DNA of 54,709 nt, the filler included, from Jimgerdemannia flammicorona (Eukaryota), in the NCBI GenBank assembly GCA_003990765.1. It is 3 parts of 3 records of this genome, joined end to end, with 100 filler letters (N's around TTAATTAATTAA, not from the genome) between each part and the next. Parts side by side here need not be neighbours in the genome. Positions count along the whole stretch, not along the records: positions 36,546 to 54,709 come from RBNJ01002280.1; 2 more parts are not named here. One strand, 5' to 3'. Positions 36,777 through 49,788 of this stretch are shown piece by piece. Below the pieces are notes generated by a model. The model searched no databases and was not told the DNA's origin. It saw only the letters and a program-made list of their open reading frames with translations. The translations under genes and the position numbers were made by a program. Within the stretch, counting starts at the first letter, position 1. Every line of letters starts with the position of its first letter.

Positions 36777-39700
36777 ATACTAAAGAAAGGAGATAATAAA
36801 GCTCAGATCTGAAGAAATCTAGCCAAAAATCAAAGAAGAAGGCTCTCAAGATCTATGATCTAAGAGGCAATATCCTAGCTCTCATCAGACATATAATCCA
36901 TCAAAGATAAGTAGAAGATATACTAACTTCATAGAAGCCCTAGATCCTATGGAGAAAAGAGAAATTAATTATTTCCAAGACCCCAATACTGGAGCCAGAT
37001 GGCTGTATCTCTACTAGAGTCTCAGCTCAAGGACAATCTAAACTCAGTAAAGATATCACCCAATATGTCTTGCTATATTTCAGAGCCAAACCCCCAACCA
37101 AAGTTCACCAGGAAGATATAAAATATAACCTCCATAGCCTCAAAGATAAATCTATCAAATTTGAAAGAACAATAGTACTCAGTATAAGACTAGCTATACA
37201 GCTACTCAAAAGAACCTATACTAACTGACCTCAAGGTCCAGACTCACTAGATAAGGAATAACTATAGAAGGAGAAATAATAGACCCTAGATATATAGGTG
37301 AAATTAAAGTTATTCTAAAAAATAGTAATATAGAATAATACTTAATCTTTAAAGAATAAAATATTACACAAGTAATCTTCATAGATATCAAAACTCTTAT
37401 AAGAGATCAAAACTCTTATAAGAGATCTCCAAACTAACTCAAGACACAAGTCAAACTAAAGGATTTAGAAGCTCAGATAAGAAAGAAGCACACCTTCTTC
37501 AGATTAAATATTTTAAGAAGAACACTCCTCAGCAAATATACTGCTAACTAGTCAAGCTATATAAGAATCTTATTCTAGAATCAGAAGAGCAGACTATCTT
37601 CAAAATTTACACCACCTGATCCTAGAAATCTCTTCTTTAAACCCTGTGAGAACATCAGGAATCTAGATATAGAAGGTTATATAATTCCTAATAAGATAAA
37701 CTCTATGTACTCTCAGACAATTAACCAAAGCTGAGAAATTCTCATTCTGTTAAAAGGAACTATCATAGGCCATCTGGTGCCCTATCTCAACTAGATATAT
37801 AGAGAATTTATAAACTAAACCTATTAGAAAATGGCAGAAGGTCTCAGAAGAAAGGAAAGGCCCTTTTGTAACCTAAGAGAAAGTGAAGTCTTATACTAAT
37901 ATTAGAGAAGAATTAATACCTCAGCAATAGCAACAACTACTTAAACTTCTTTATTAATACCAGAATATCTTTATCACAAACTATGATAATCTACCATATA
38001 ACCCATCATACCACTATAGCATAAATATAGAAAATACAATATCTATTCAGCAGAAGCCTTATAAAATACCCTATCACCTAAAGATATTTGAGAAAGAACA
38101 CATCCAGAACTCTTAGAAAATAGAGTTATCTAACTCTCTATCAGCCTCAGGGCCAGTCTTATACTTATTATACTTAAGAAAGGAGGATGAAAACTCTGTA
38201 TAATTTATAGAAAGCTCAACTTAGTTACAGAAAAAGATACCTACCTCTTGCTCAGAATTGATGACCTCTTAGATCAATTATAAGATATCAAATATTCAGC
38301 AATATGGACTTTTTTACAAGATTCTACAAAATCTCTATAGACCCCAAGGATATCTAGAAAACAGTCTTTCTTGTCTTAGAAAAACTATTTGAATACCTCT
38401 GAATGCTCTTTAGACTCTATATATACCCTCCACCTTCCAGAGAATAATAAACTCAGTCTATAGCTTACTGATCCACTACTGCCTGATTGTATACATAGAT
38501 GATTCCAATATCTATTCAGCAAATTTTGAAAACTACCTGCACTATTTAGAAGAATTCTTTCAGCTTACTCACAAGAATCACCTGTGACTCAATACTAAGA
38601 AATATTACTTTGGAAAACAGAAACTTAAATTCCTTGACCCAAAGAAAACTGAAAAGATCAACAACTGATTAGTACCTAAGACTCTGAAGAAAACACTATC
38701 ATTTCTAATATTAGTATCTTACTATAGAAAATTTATCAAGAACTTTATCCAAATCACTACCTCAATCTGAACTCTTCTCAAAAAAGAAGTATTATATAAA
38801 TAGATAGAACTATAAGAACTAGCCTTCAAAGAACTCAAATACTGTATAACTACAGTACTAATTCTTGTATAACCTAATCTATAGAAGTCATTTACCTTGT
38901 ATACAGATATCTCTAAAGATAGTCTTATAGTAGTTCTAGCCCAAGAAGAATCTGACCAGTAGTACTATATAATAGCTTATATAAGTCAAGCTACCAACTA
39001 ACAACAAATCAATTATAGTAGTACTAAACTGGAATATCTTGTAGTCATATGAGCAGTTACTCTGTTCAAACACTATCTTATTAAAAAAAGATTTACTCTG
39101 ATAACTGACTATACTACTCTCAAATAGCTATTCAACTATAAGAAACCTACTAGGATTCTTGTCTACTAAATTCTTATTTTATAGGATTACAAAATCACCA
39201 TCATTTACAAGACAGGGAAAGCTCACATTAATGTCAATGTACTTTTCTACCAACTCTAATAAACTTGAAGAAAGGTGTATCAAGAACTATATCCTAAAGA
39301 AAGCATCTATGATCATCAAAGCACCAGAAGACTTTATTTAAAAGAATATCAAAAAGTTCACCAAGAATAGGCAAATATAAAAAAAAAGCTATAAATAATA
39401 TATCAACATTAGCCTAACCTCAGAATATAAGTCAGAAATATACTCAAGAAATATAAGATCTATTAAAAGTACCAAGGAAAGAAAAGTTACCAAGCACTAC
39501 TATACCACTAGATAATATTCTTCAGAGATAGAGAGTAGATATTATTGGATCCCTACCAGTTATATCAAGAAGGAACAAATATATTCTAGTATTTGTAAAA
39601 CATCTAACAAAATGATCTAAAGCTTTCTCAATAGAAATTTCCAATGTCTTGACCATTATTAATCTTCTCCATAATCTTATACTCAGATATAGACCTCCAA

Positions 39701-41315
39701 AAGAACTTATTTCTGACCAAGGTACAAAATTTATCAATAATATAATTATAAGTTATATCTGAATTCACAAGATCCACCTCCAATAAACTATATTATACTA
39801 CTTTTAAACTAATGGTATAACAGAATAAATAAACCAGACCATCAAGAAAAAACTTATCTGAGTTAATCCTACTAACTGAGACCTCTGCTTATCTGAGATC
39901 ATATGGAAAATTTGGAATACCCCTGCTATCTCCACCAAATAAAAGCTATTTGTAATAATGTTTATCAAAAAGACAAGAAATACTAATCATAAGAACCTTG
40001 GAAACCTTTTCAAAAAGGCAGAATAATTATATAATCAAGCCTGAGATCAGATAATTAAGACTCAGAAAAGACAAAAGAAGTACTATAACTAGAAGTAGAA
40101 AGATTAGAAGATCAAGATTAGAGATCAAGTAAATACTAGAGAAGTATGATTGAAATAAACTTTGCTATCAAACTAGAGCCCAAATGGAAAGAACTTTATC
40201 TTGTATATAATATCAGAGAAAACAGTATCTATTTAAGAAGTATGAATAGATAACCCCTGAGAACATTAGTATATATCAATTACTTCAAGTTATATCTCCT
40301 CTCTATACTATAAATCAAAGGATTAATCAGTGCCTCCAGACTCTCATTTTCAGTTTTCTGCAATCTCTGCCTATTTCTATACCCACATTTTACCAATCTC
40401 AAGAAACTCCAAATAGGTTAATTCAATTGTATATTGAAAATCTTATCATAGCTCAGAGATTGTTACAAATCCACCAGTTGCAGATCTACTACTCTATCAG
40501 ACAAGCCCTCCAAGACCCAATATGTGTAGAAAGACATATATGTTTAAACTGCTAAAATAATATAACTGCTTAAAGGATCTATACTCTCTACAGAAATAAT
40601 GTAGAAGTACTTATCCAAGTATAGTTCTATCTCAATAATATCCAGAGGATAAATTAAGCCATCTTTCAAAATATACTATAATAAATAGAGTTCCTGTTCT
40701 CAAAACTAAAACAACAAGACTCAGATTTTAAATAAAGTGGCCCTGATATCAATAAAGATAATAGTACTGGTATTGATACAGAAGATGCCTATGCCTAGTA
40801 AAATGATAACTAAAGGACAGTTTGAGGATAGACCATCCTTTAGTGGGGGCTGATATAATATGTATATAAATAATATAAATACTTAATATACAATAGTTAT
40901 TTATCTACATAGTTACCCAGTTACTATGGAAATTATATAAATAGTATAAATAGTCTGATTAAAAACAAAACAACTATACTCTGAGAGTACTATATTCTGA
41001 GGGTATGAAGGAAATCATATACTATATTTAGCCATTCTATAGTTAGCTATATAGTAATCAGATAATAACAAACTTGTATAAAATATTTTAGAGATAAGAA
41101 TGAATAAATCTTAGTCCAAAATATTTCTAAGTAAAAGATAAGTCTATCTATTATACTTTGAGAGATATATTTGCCAAAAGCCACTTGATCTAAGAAGAAT
41201 TGTAATACTTAGAAGAAATACCTACTCTAAAGCTACATACTACTAGGAGATTGTGAGCTTACTTTATAAAGAAAAGAAGATTTACTATTTTCAAGAAGTC
41301 TACTATCTTGTCACA
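36777..41315 (+). mobile_element. Older Ty3/Gypsy relic with dUTPase (element 2): dUTPase-RT-RH-IN-accessory ORF-3' LTR
   Basis: Decayed dUTPase (IIDPRYIGEIKVIL, KGFRSSD) 37080-37480; YRKLN, VYIDD near 38490, YTDIS, RVDIIG, ISDQGTKF, KLEPKWK; PPT-like AGTGGGGG before TG at 40851. Confidence 0.85.
40310..40813 (+). pseudogene. Decayed accessory ORF between integrase and PPT
   Basis: Frame from ATA (probably former ATG) at 40310 is open for about 80 codons and resembles the LTR ORF of element 1. Confidence 0.55.
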
Positions 41316-41849
41316 AAGTCAGTTTATCTAATATAACTTTATAGTAAACTTATATTCATATAAATGAAGCCAGTCTTTGATATAACTTCACCAAGAAGTC
41401 TGCCAATTCAGGAGAATCTACACTATCTGAGTTATCTAAGTTATCTATACCATTTGAGTTATCTGTCAAATTTACCAGTCTATTACTTATTAAAAATATT
41501 ATTAAGATTATTATTTAGAAATTATATACTTTTGGAAATATAATCATTATATAGAAATTATATAAGGAATCTACTTGTACTATATAAGATTATTATACCA
41601 GAAATTGTATACTTTTGAAAATCATCATACTATACTGAGAAATTAACTACTACTTAAGAAGAAAACCTACTTGTACTATATACAAATCACTGCTATACTC
41701 AAGAACTATCTCAATAAGAAAATTGATCACAGTATTCAGATTTAACTATTATATTGCTAAATACCAAGAACATTAGAAATTATAGAATATTTTAATGCTT
41801 TTGACAAAGTTACTAAGAGCTCAAGCCAAACTATACCAATCTTCAATCT

Positions 41850-42830
41850 TATAATTTGTCTCTATTTGAGCTGGTATATTAGAGTATGATCATTGAAATA
41901 GCCTAGATAATGATCAATATAGCTGGATTATTATATTCTTATTGGGCTAAAGCTATCAATATAGTAACATATTTCTAAAATCATTATATATCTTGAGTAT
42001 TAAGCAAAGATTTCAGTAAAAAGTACAGTAATCCAAGAATAATACTAATTATACCTCTGAGAAATTATAGAGCAGATTTAAGCCCAATATATCCCATCTA
42101 TATATTTAAATATAAGACTTATATTCTGGACAAAGTTAGCAATTAACATAAGTTTAAGCTAAAGACCAATAAGTATATATTTTTTAGAATGATAAGTTAA
42201 TATATAAACTATATAAAGAGTTATATAGTATCAAACAAGTAGCTTATCTGTAGAACTGAAAAATTGATAAATATCTTCTTAATAATAGCTTTATATAATA
42301 CAAAGCAGATAATTGTATATATATTTAATATTATACAGATGATGATATAGTCTTTGTAGATATATAGGTAGATAACATAATCATCTTTGCTAGCCAGAAT
42401 AGGCTTAACAGAGTTAAAGAAGTCCTATACTAAGAATTCAAGATAATAGATATGTATAGGTGACTCATTCTTCCTATTAGAGTATTAATTATATATAACA
42501 AGAGTATATATACTATATATCTCTCATAAGTAATATATATCTAAGTCATTCTAAAATACTTTAGTATGAGTAAATGCAAGCCTATTGATAATTCTATAGA
42601 TATATCTATAAAGTTAAGAAAGCCTAAGACTGACAAAAATGACAACTATATTAATATTCTCTATTATCAAATAGTTAGTTCTCTCATATATCTAATACTT
42701 GAAATAAGGCCTAATATATTCTATATGTATTATAAATAAGATAGTACAATACTCTTTCTATTATAATAATTTATATTAGAGTATTATTAAGAGGATTTTC
42801 AGATATATTAAAGAAAGAATAAACTATATA
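41850..42830 (+). mobile_element. Highly decayed Ty1/Copia fragment (integrase end and RT)
   Basis: YWAKAINIVTYF*N, DI*VDNII (YVDD), EFKIIDM, CKPI, YYQIVSSLIYL..IRPNI. Confidence 0.65.
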
Positions 42831-42999
42831 TTCACTCTTAATAAATTGAGTAAGAGTAATAGTAAGAATAGCATTCAGCTATCTGATATATATCAACCTT
42901 TTCTCTGATAACATTCAGATTATACAAACTTCTGACAATACTTAAGATATTATTTTTGGAAAATAGATACTAGTTATATAGCAACTGATGAGTGTTCTG

Positions 43000-45036
43000 A
43001 GGTATATGCTAGGTAGAGTAGCTCTAGTACATTTGACTCACAGTATGTGGAGAGGAGTCATGGCTTGGGGGGAAGCATACAGGACTTGCTGGCTGGAGGA
43101 CATGAAAGAGGAGAAGGTAGTGCTGAGAGATAGAAGACTGGGAGAGTGAGCTTTATGGACAAGGTGAAGGGGGGATATCTGTTGACTAGATTGGAGAGTT
43201 GGCTGAGGAAGAGCAAGAAGATGGCAAGGGCTGCAGGATCTGGTGGAGTGGCTCATGGTAGTGAGGGCAGTAGGGCTGAGAGAGTAGTAGTGGAGAGAGT
43301 GGGACTGCTAATGATTAGGAGACTGCTAATCTGGAAAAAAAAATCCAAATATAATAGTTGATGGTAGATCTGAACAGAGAGTGGACATGAGATCCAGAGA
43401 TCTGATGGATGATATAATGGACCTAGTGGTGGCACTATTACTTAAGAAATTGAGATCAGAATTCACTATTACATTTTGTTTCCAGGGCTTAGTAGTAACA
43501 GTAAGAATGATTCTGAGGCTTCTGGCCCAGAAGGTGAAGGGAGCAGCCTCAGTGAAATTTTTAAAGATTCTGGAAGGGGTGGAGGTTGGCTTTGAGAAAG
43601 AGGAAGTGCTATTTGAAGTAATAGAGAAGAGAGTAGTAGTAGGAGAGGTGGTAATCTCCATGGCCCAGTGCTTATACTGGGATCTCTGAGTGGTGTAGCT
43701 GATAGTATTGAATATTCCTATAGTATCAAAGGAGATGACCAGAGGGTTGATTGTAGAGGCCACCAAGGAGTATAGAGATATCATAGATATTAGGTTTTAG
43801 GTCTGGAAATGTATAGAGTTCAGGATAGAAGATGTGGGTATCAAGGTATAGCTAGTAGATAAGGAGAATATAAGGAAGACAAGGGACTGGCCAGCAGTTC
43901 TCAAATGGGGATCTGTGGAGTACAAGATCTCAAGAGTAAAAGGAATATCAGAAGAAGAGGAGGACTTGCTGGAGGTATTAGAGGATCTAGTAGAAGCTAT
44001 TGAGAGGAGAAGATTGGTCTAGAAAGAGTTTGAGGCCAAGATAGTAGTAGAGATCATAAATGGCAAGAAGGTGCAGCTGAATCAGACAGTCTGGGAGAGG
44101 GCACAGGGGAGGCATATTCAGAAGAAGCTATTGGCAAAGTTGGGTGGGAGGGTAGAGGGGGGGACTGCTACTGAAGATATTGGATCAAGAGTGAGTGCTT
44201 GGGTAGAGATGAAGAGAGCAGCACCCAAGGAGGCCCTGGGGAAGAGTAGAGGTATCAGACAGAGTGTGATTCTGGAAGATGAGAAGATGGACAAGGATGA
44301 GTGCACTCAGTATGGAGTACCAGTGGGGGCTGGAGATGATAAACTACAGGATGTACTAGAGAAGGATTGAAATGAGTTGGCTATGATGAATGTGGAGAAA
44401 GGGTAGGTGGAAGGGGAGAAGGGAGTGGCCCAGAGAGTAGAAGAGGCTGTTGATGAGGAGAAATGATTGTGGAAAATACTGATAAATATAATGGCTGAGG
44501 AGCTGGGGGGGGAGAACTTTGAGTACTGAGCAAGAGGCACTCAGGTGAAATCTTGCAGAGTGAGAAGGTACCACAGAAACTTCAGGATGAGATAATGACA
44601 GCTTTGCTAGAGACTGAGATATATCAAGTGGATGATACAAGAGAGGCTGCACTTTTGGTAATTGTGAATAACTAGGCTATATATCTGTGGGGCCTAAGGA
44701 AGGAGCTGGTGAAATGGCAGGTAGTATGTAAGGAATACTGGATGAATATAAAAGCAGTAGATAGTACTGATTGTCAGGAGATCTTAGAGGCATTGGAGGC
44801 TTAGTGAGGAGAGGCAGATGAGCTTGAGATAGAGAAGAACCTGAATGTGGCAGGGTATGCAGTGAGTATGGAATTATAGAGTAGATGGCTGTTCTCCAGA
44901 AAATACATTCTTCAATATAAATAGTACAACTAGAATTTTCTCTTTGAATGTCAATAGACTACAGGGAGTAATGAGGTACATATCAAAATATCTTCAGCTA
45001 GCTGAAGTGACTGGAAGTAGATTTTTTCTTACTATT
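43000..45036 (+). mobile_element. LINE copy B, 5' part (5' boundary approximate)
   Basis: ORF1 similar to copy A (SFMDKVK, LLKKLRSEFTITFCFQGL, CQEILEALEA*); ORF2 start RIFSLNVN. Confidence 0.88.
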
Positions 45037-45288
45037 GACTAAGCTTCACTTGGTCTCAGACTGTTTCAGAGTTGGTTTCTGCTGTCTAGAAAGTGATAGC
45101 ATGCTTTATTTATCTTAGAAATAGTGGTTTTACATGTAACTGCAAATTAATCTGTCTAAGACATATATGTGAGACATTTGTATAAAACATAGTAATAAAA
45201 GTGTCCCTGCTCCTACAGAGTTCTCTTAGCCATTTTGAAAGCTTGGCAGTTCACCTTCTTACTTTCAACCCTCAAAACTTTTCTGACT

Positions 45289-46368
45289 ATGAACCATGAA
45301 CAACTTCAACAGCAACAACAACAGGCTGTCTTGACTGAATGGGCTGAGTTCATTCAGCAGGTCTCTGAGGTGGTCATGGTCAGTCTCTGCTCTGTACCAC
45401 TGGATCTAGCTATTGCAATTAAACATGAACAACAGTGTATCATCAATTCTCTCTTCTTCTGATGAATGGGACATACTAGGGGCCCAGTCTCTGGACCTGA
45501 CAGGCACTCCAATGGTATGGATAATGATGCCCCCATCAATGATAATGGCAGTGATGAGGAATTCCTCACAGCTGCAAGAATGAGAGCTCTTGGCCATTTT
45601 CACATCCCACCCACCTTTACTGATGTTGTTCCCACCGAACACATCCATGTGCACCTCACCCCTCCCAGCCTTAGAAAGCTCATCCACCACAACCCGGAGC
45701 CCAAGGGTGGTGTCTTTTGAACTCCCTCCATCAATGAGGTGTTGCTTGATGATTTCCCCAAAGCCACTTGAGATGCCAACTGCATCCTCACCAACTCACA
45801 ATGCACAATCTACAACATGCTCTGCCCTATTGCTATTCTCCTCCATGCCCTTAAACCATGGAGTGATGGGGCCGATGTTTACTAAGGCTTGGTCCATAAT
45901 GCTGTCATTACCCCCATAGTGGAAAAACTCCAAGACTCTCTTCAGATCAGATTCCACAAGGCAGAAAGCATCTGCATCCACCATCAGATCGACCTTGCCA
46001 AAGCTGCAGGATGGTCCCCTATCCTTATCTCTACATGCTGTATGATTGCATCTGACTCCAAGTATGATGGTGACCTCTTCGGCACCAAATTCATCTGCTG
46101 CTTCCAGGATGATGCAAAACACCAGAAATACTGACTCATAGTTCGAGTGGCCTCTAGCAAGCCCTCCACCCCTCAGAACAACTCCTCCTCCATCTGTGGC
46201 AAATTTACCTCCAGGAGTCAGGGCCAGGGAAATGGATCCCAGGGCAACCAATGTTCTGACTTCCACTACTCTCTCCAATCTTCTCAGAACCACACCCCAA
46301 GTCAGTGGGGCAGCTTCCAAAGCCAGATACCAGGGCCAGGTGCAACAATACCAACCACCAACCTCTGA
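45289..46368 (+). pseudogene. DIRS gag-like ORF1
   Basis: In-frame fragments 45289-45462, 45466-45720, 45889-46134 and 46147-46368 separated by TGA/TAG stops. Confidence 0.7.
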
Positions 46369-46399
46369 AGGATCCCCCCATATATCACTCCCTGGTCCT

Positions 46400-48243
46400 G
46401 AAGGTGCCCAACATCTCCAAGGTAGGTATCCATCTGGCTCAGGTCCCCAAATCAGTTTGGCAAGCCCTAGGAGTCAACTGCTGGGTGAACAATACAGTCC
46501 ATGGCAAGACATGCATTGATTGGATACACCTCCAGATACTGCTATACATCTGGCCCTGCTTCTCATACAAATGAGGCATGACTGCTATGGAAAAAGCCCT
46601 AGTGGACACTACCATCCAGGACTTCCATGACAAAGAGGCCACTTATGAGACCTAAACCAGAGAAGAGCTCTTCTTCTCCATCTCTCAGATTGACAAGAAT
46701 TGGGTCTGCCTTGATGCATATTTGCTGAACAAGTTCATGCAGTGATTGCACTTTAAGATGGAAGGTATTCAAATGCTCCACCACATGGTATGTCCAGGGG
46801 ACTTCCTCATCAAGATAGACATCAAGGATGCCTACCTCCACATTCCCCTCCACCCTGCTGATCAACAGTTTCTGGCCTTCCAATAGTGACAAATCAACTG
46901 GAAATTCTGGACCATGCCATTCGGCCTATCTTCAGCCCCTCAAATCTGGATGAAGATGATGGCTGCCATTCTGGAACTGCTATGGTGACATGGCATTTGC
47001 CTCACCTACTACATTTATGACATCTGCCTACTGGCCTCTAGCTATGAAAAAGCTGTTCACTACAGCCAGATGGTCTGCAACCACCCTATGAGCTTGGAGT
47101 TCCTCCTCCATCTGACAAAATACACATGGGACCCCAAGCAAGTTCAGACATTCCTTGGGTTTCTGATAGATACCAATGCCATGGAGCTATACCTGCCAAG
47201 AGACAAGGTATGTAAGATCCACAAGGGGACAGCCTCCCTCCTCCATTGGGCCTCCGAATCCAGCATCCTGATCCACAAGGTGGCCTCTCTGGTTGGCCTC
47301 TGCAATTCCATGACCCAGGCCATCTTCTCTGTATACTTTCATGTTTGGGCACTCATCTGCAATATACATACAGGTGCTCTCTACTACTCTGATTGGAACA
47401 GACAGATGATACTTTCCTGAGCATCATTGACCAACCTCCATTGGTGGTCCCATGAACTGCTGGGATGGAACAGCCACTCTCTCCTTACTGAGGTCCCTAA
47501 GATCACAGTGGACATAGATGCCAGTGATGTGGGATGGAGTTTCGAGATCTCCTCCTCTACCACCAATATCAGTCATATCACATGGTGGGCAGCTGGCACC
47601 TGGATATCCTTGGAGCACCATCTGTCCATCAACTACCATGAGCTAAAGACAGTTCTCTTTGCTCTTCAGATTAACTCACACCACTGTCGGAACTGGATGG
47701 TCCTGGTCTAGACAGACAATATGACCACACAGGCATTCATCAACAAACAGAGAGGCTCTCTCCACCACCTCTATGCTATTGCAATGTGTATCTACTCAAT
47801 CTGCATGACACACTGTATTCACCTCTTTGCAGAATACCTCCCAGGTTTGGAGAATGTTCAGGCAGACTTTTTGAGCTATCTCCATCCTGACCCCAATGAC
47901 TGGAAGCTATACCCAGCAGTGTTCCAATGCCTATACCACCTGTGGGGCCTGGTCCAACTCGACCTATTTGCCTCACGAATAACCATGCAGATCCCCCTCT
48001 TCTACAGCTGGCAGGCTGACCCCGAAGCCTTAGGGATAGATGCTTTTTGACACCACTGGCCTCCAACCAGGGCATATGCAAACCCTTCTTGGATTCTGAT
48101 CAATCACACACTCTGCAAGGTGAAGAAGGACCGATGCTCTCACCTCATCCTCATCACCCCTTTCTGGCCATGACAGAGCTGGTGGCCTGAACTCCTGGAG
48201 ATGGTGGTAGCCCTTCTGATTCTCCTTCCATGTTGGGCTCTGA
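46400..48243 (+). pseudogene. DIRS RT, RNase H and N6-adenine methyltransferase-like domain
   Basis: DIKDAYLHIP, MPFGLSSAP, YIYD (YLDD), DASDVGW, INYHEL, LDLFAS..GIDAF..ANPSW. Confidence 0.88.
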
Positions 48244-49306
48244 TGGCAGCTATATGGAGGCGCCATTGGGATGCCCTTGCCTGGCTGATCAGCAGCACTC
48301 TCTAGATACCGCAGCACTGGTGAAGCCAGCTCATGACCTCATCTGTGTCAGTATCTGGACCTCTTCCCATAAGAACTATAAGTCTGCCTACCAACACTAT
48401 GTCCATTGGTGTCATCAATGGCATATCAATCCCCTTTGTACATCTACTGAGCAGTGGACAAACTACCTTACCCATCTTTTTCATAAGGACATGAGCACCC
48501 AACAACTCTGTAGTGTCTGCACTGCTATCGGCCGATGGACTCCTGCTGTTGATGGTGTCCATTTCTCCAAACTTCCTACAGTCTCTCACCTTATCCAGGG
48601 GATAGGCAACTTATGCCCCCCCCTATCCAAGGATAAGGCCCAGCAGTGGGACATCTCTGTTCTCATCTACTGGTTGGCCTCTTTGGGTCCCTTTGACTCT
48701 ATTGAGTAGCAGGTCCTGTATGGTAAGAAAACTCATACCCTTTTGGCACTTTGCATGTTGTGGCATATCATAAGTGACTTTGCCCAATGTTGGGCAACTG
48801 TAGATTTCTGAGGTGGCCAAGGTGACTGGCCTACCAAAATGGTTCTCACTCCCTTCAAAATCTCCCACCCTATCCTAGTACTTCTGGAGGACAAGGATGT
48901 GTGCCTGGTGTACTGGGTCTACTGCTGGATGTGTGAAATGAAACCCCTAAACCCAACACATAGTGGAGACCACCTCTTCATCAGTATATGCTCTCCCCAT
49001 CACAACTTAACTGCTGACCACCTTCACAACTGGTTTTCAGAATATATGGCAGCCACTGGCATCGACTCCATCCACTGCCCCTATTCTGTTCAGGTGGAAT
49101 CCTCTACTGAGGTATTGGAAGGAGGAACTCCCATTGACAAAGTCCTAGAGAGCAGGAACTGGAGCTCCAAGACCACTTTCGAACATCACTACCATCTATC
49201 CCACAGGTTGCCAGTTCTTTCCAAGACCTCTTGGGCAAAATCTTTGGTATACATGGTCCTCTGGTGCAAGGCTGCTATGCCAGCCCAGTGCTCCACTCAT
49301 CTCTAA
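48230..49306 (+). pseudogene. DIRS tyrosine recombinase
   Basis: N-terminal helical region, QWDIS, decayed HSxR (YSVQ), and WSSKTTFEHHY carrying the catalytic Tyr. Confidence 0.85.
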
Positions 49307-49788
49307 TCTATGAACAACCAACTCTGAAATGGTCTGAGACCAAGCGAAGCTTAGTCCTGGATGGATGAGGTGTCATAGGTGCCAAAGTCTGTCCCAGACT
49401 TTGCGAGCTTGGAGAGGACCATGAAGAGTTGGTTTCCCACCCATCTCTACCCTTTCCACTTCCTTTTTGTGAGTTCTTCTTTTCCCTGATGGCCCTGGCC
49501 ACTGGGGGGTTTTTTCTTTTTTTCTTACTTCTACTTCAGACTTACTGCCAATCTTTCTTGGCTAAGGGAACTCCATGGGAGCAGGAATACTTTTATTACT
49601 ATGTTTTACACAAATGTCTCACACATATATCTTAGACAGATGAATTTGCAGTTATATGTAAAACCACTATTTCAAAGACAAATAAAGCACACCATCACTT
49701 TCTAGATAGTTGAAACCAACTCTTCACGGTCCTCCCCAAGCTCACAAAGTCTGGGACAGACTTTGGCGCCTATGGCACCTTGTCTATC

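Larger units (their letters stand above)
45037..49788 (+). mobile_element. Full-length DIRS1-type tyrosine-recombinase retrotransposon
   Basis: ITRs 45069-45232 and 49559-49722; internal complementary region 49316-49436 matches both outer ends; gag, RT/RH/MT and YR ORFs present. Confidence 0.95.

Noticed and set aside
37387..37427. Short tandem duplication (about 19 bp) inside the second dUTPase
   Set aside because: Ordinary slippage in a dead element.
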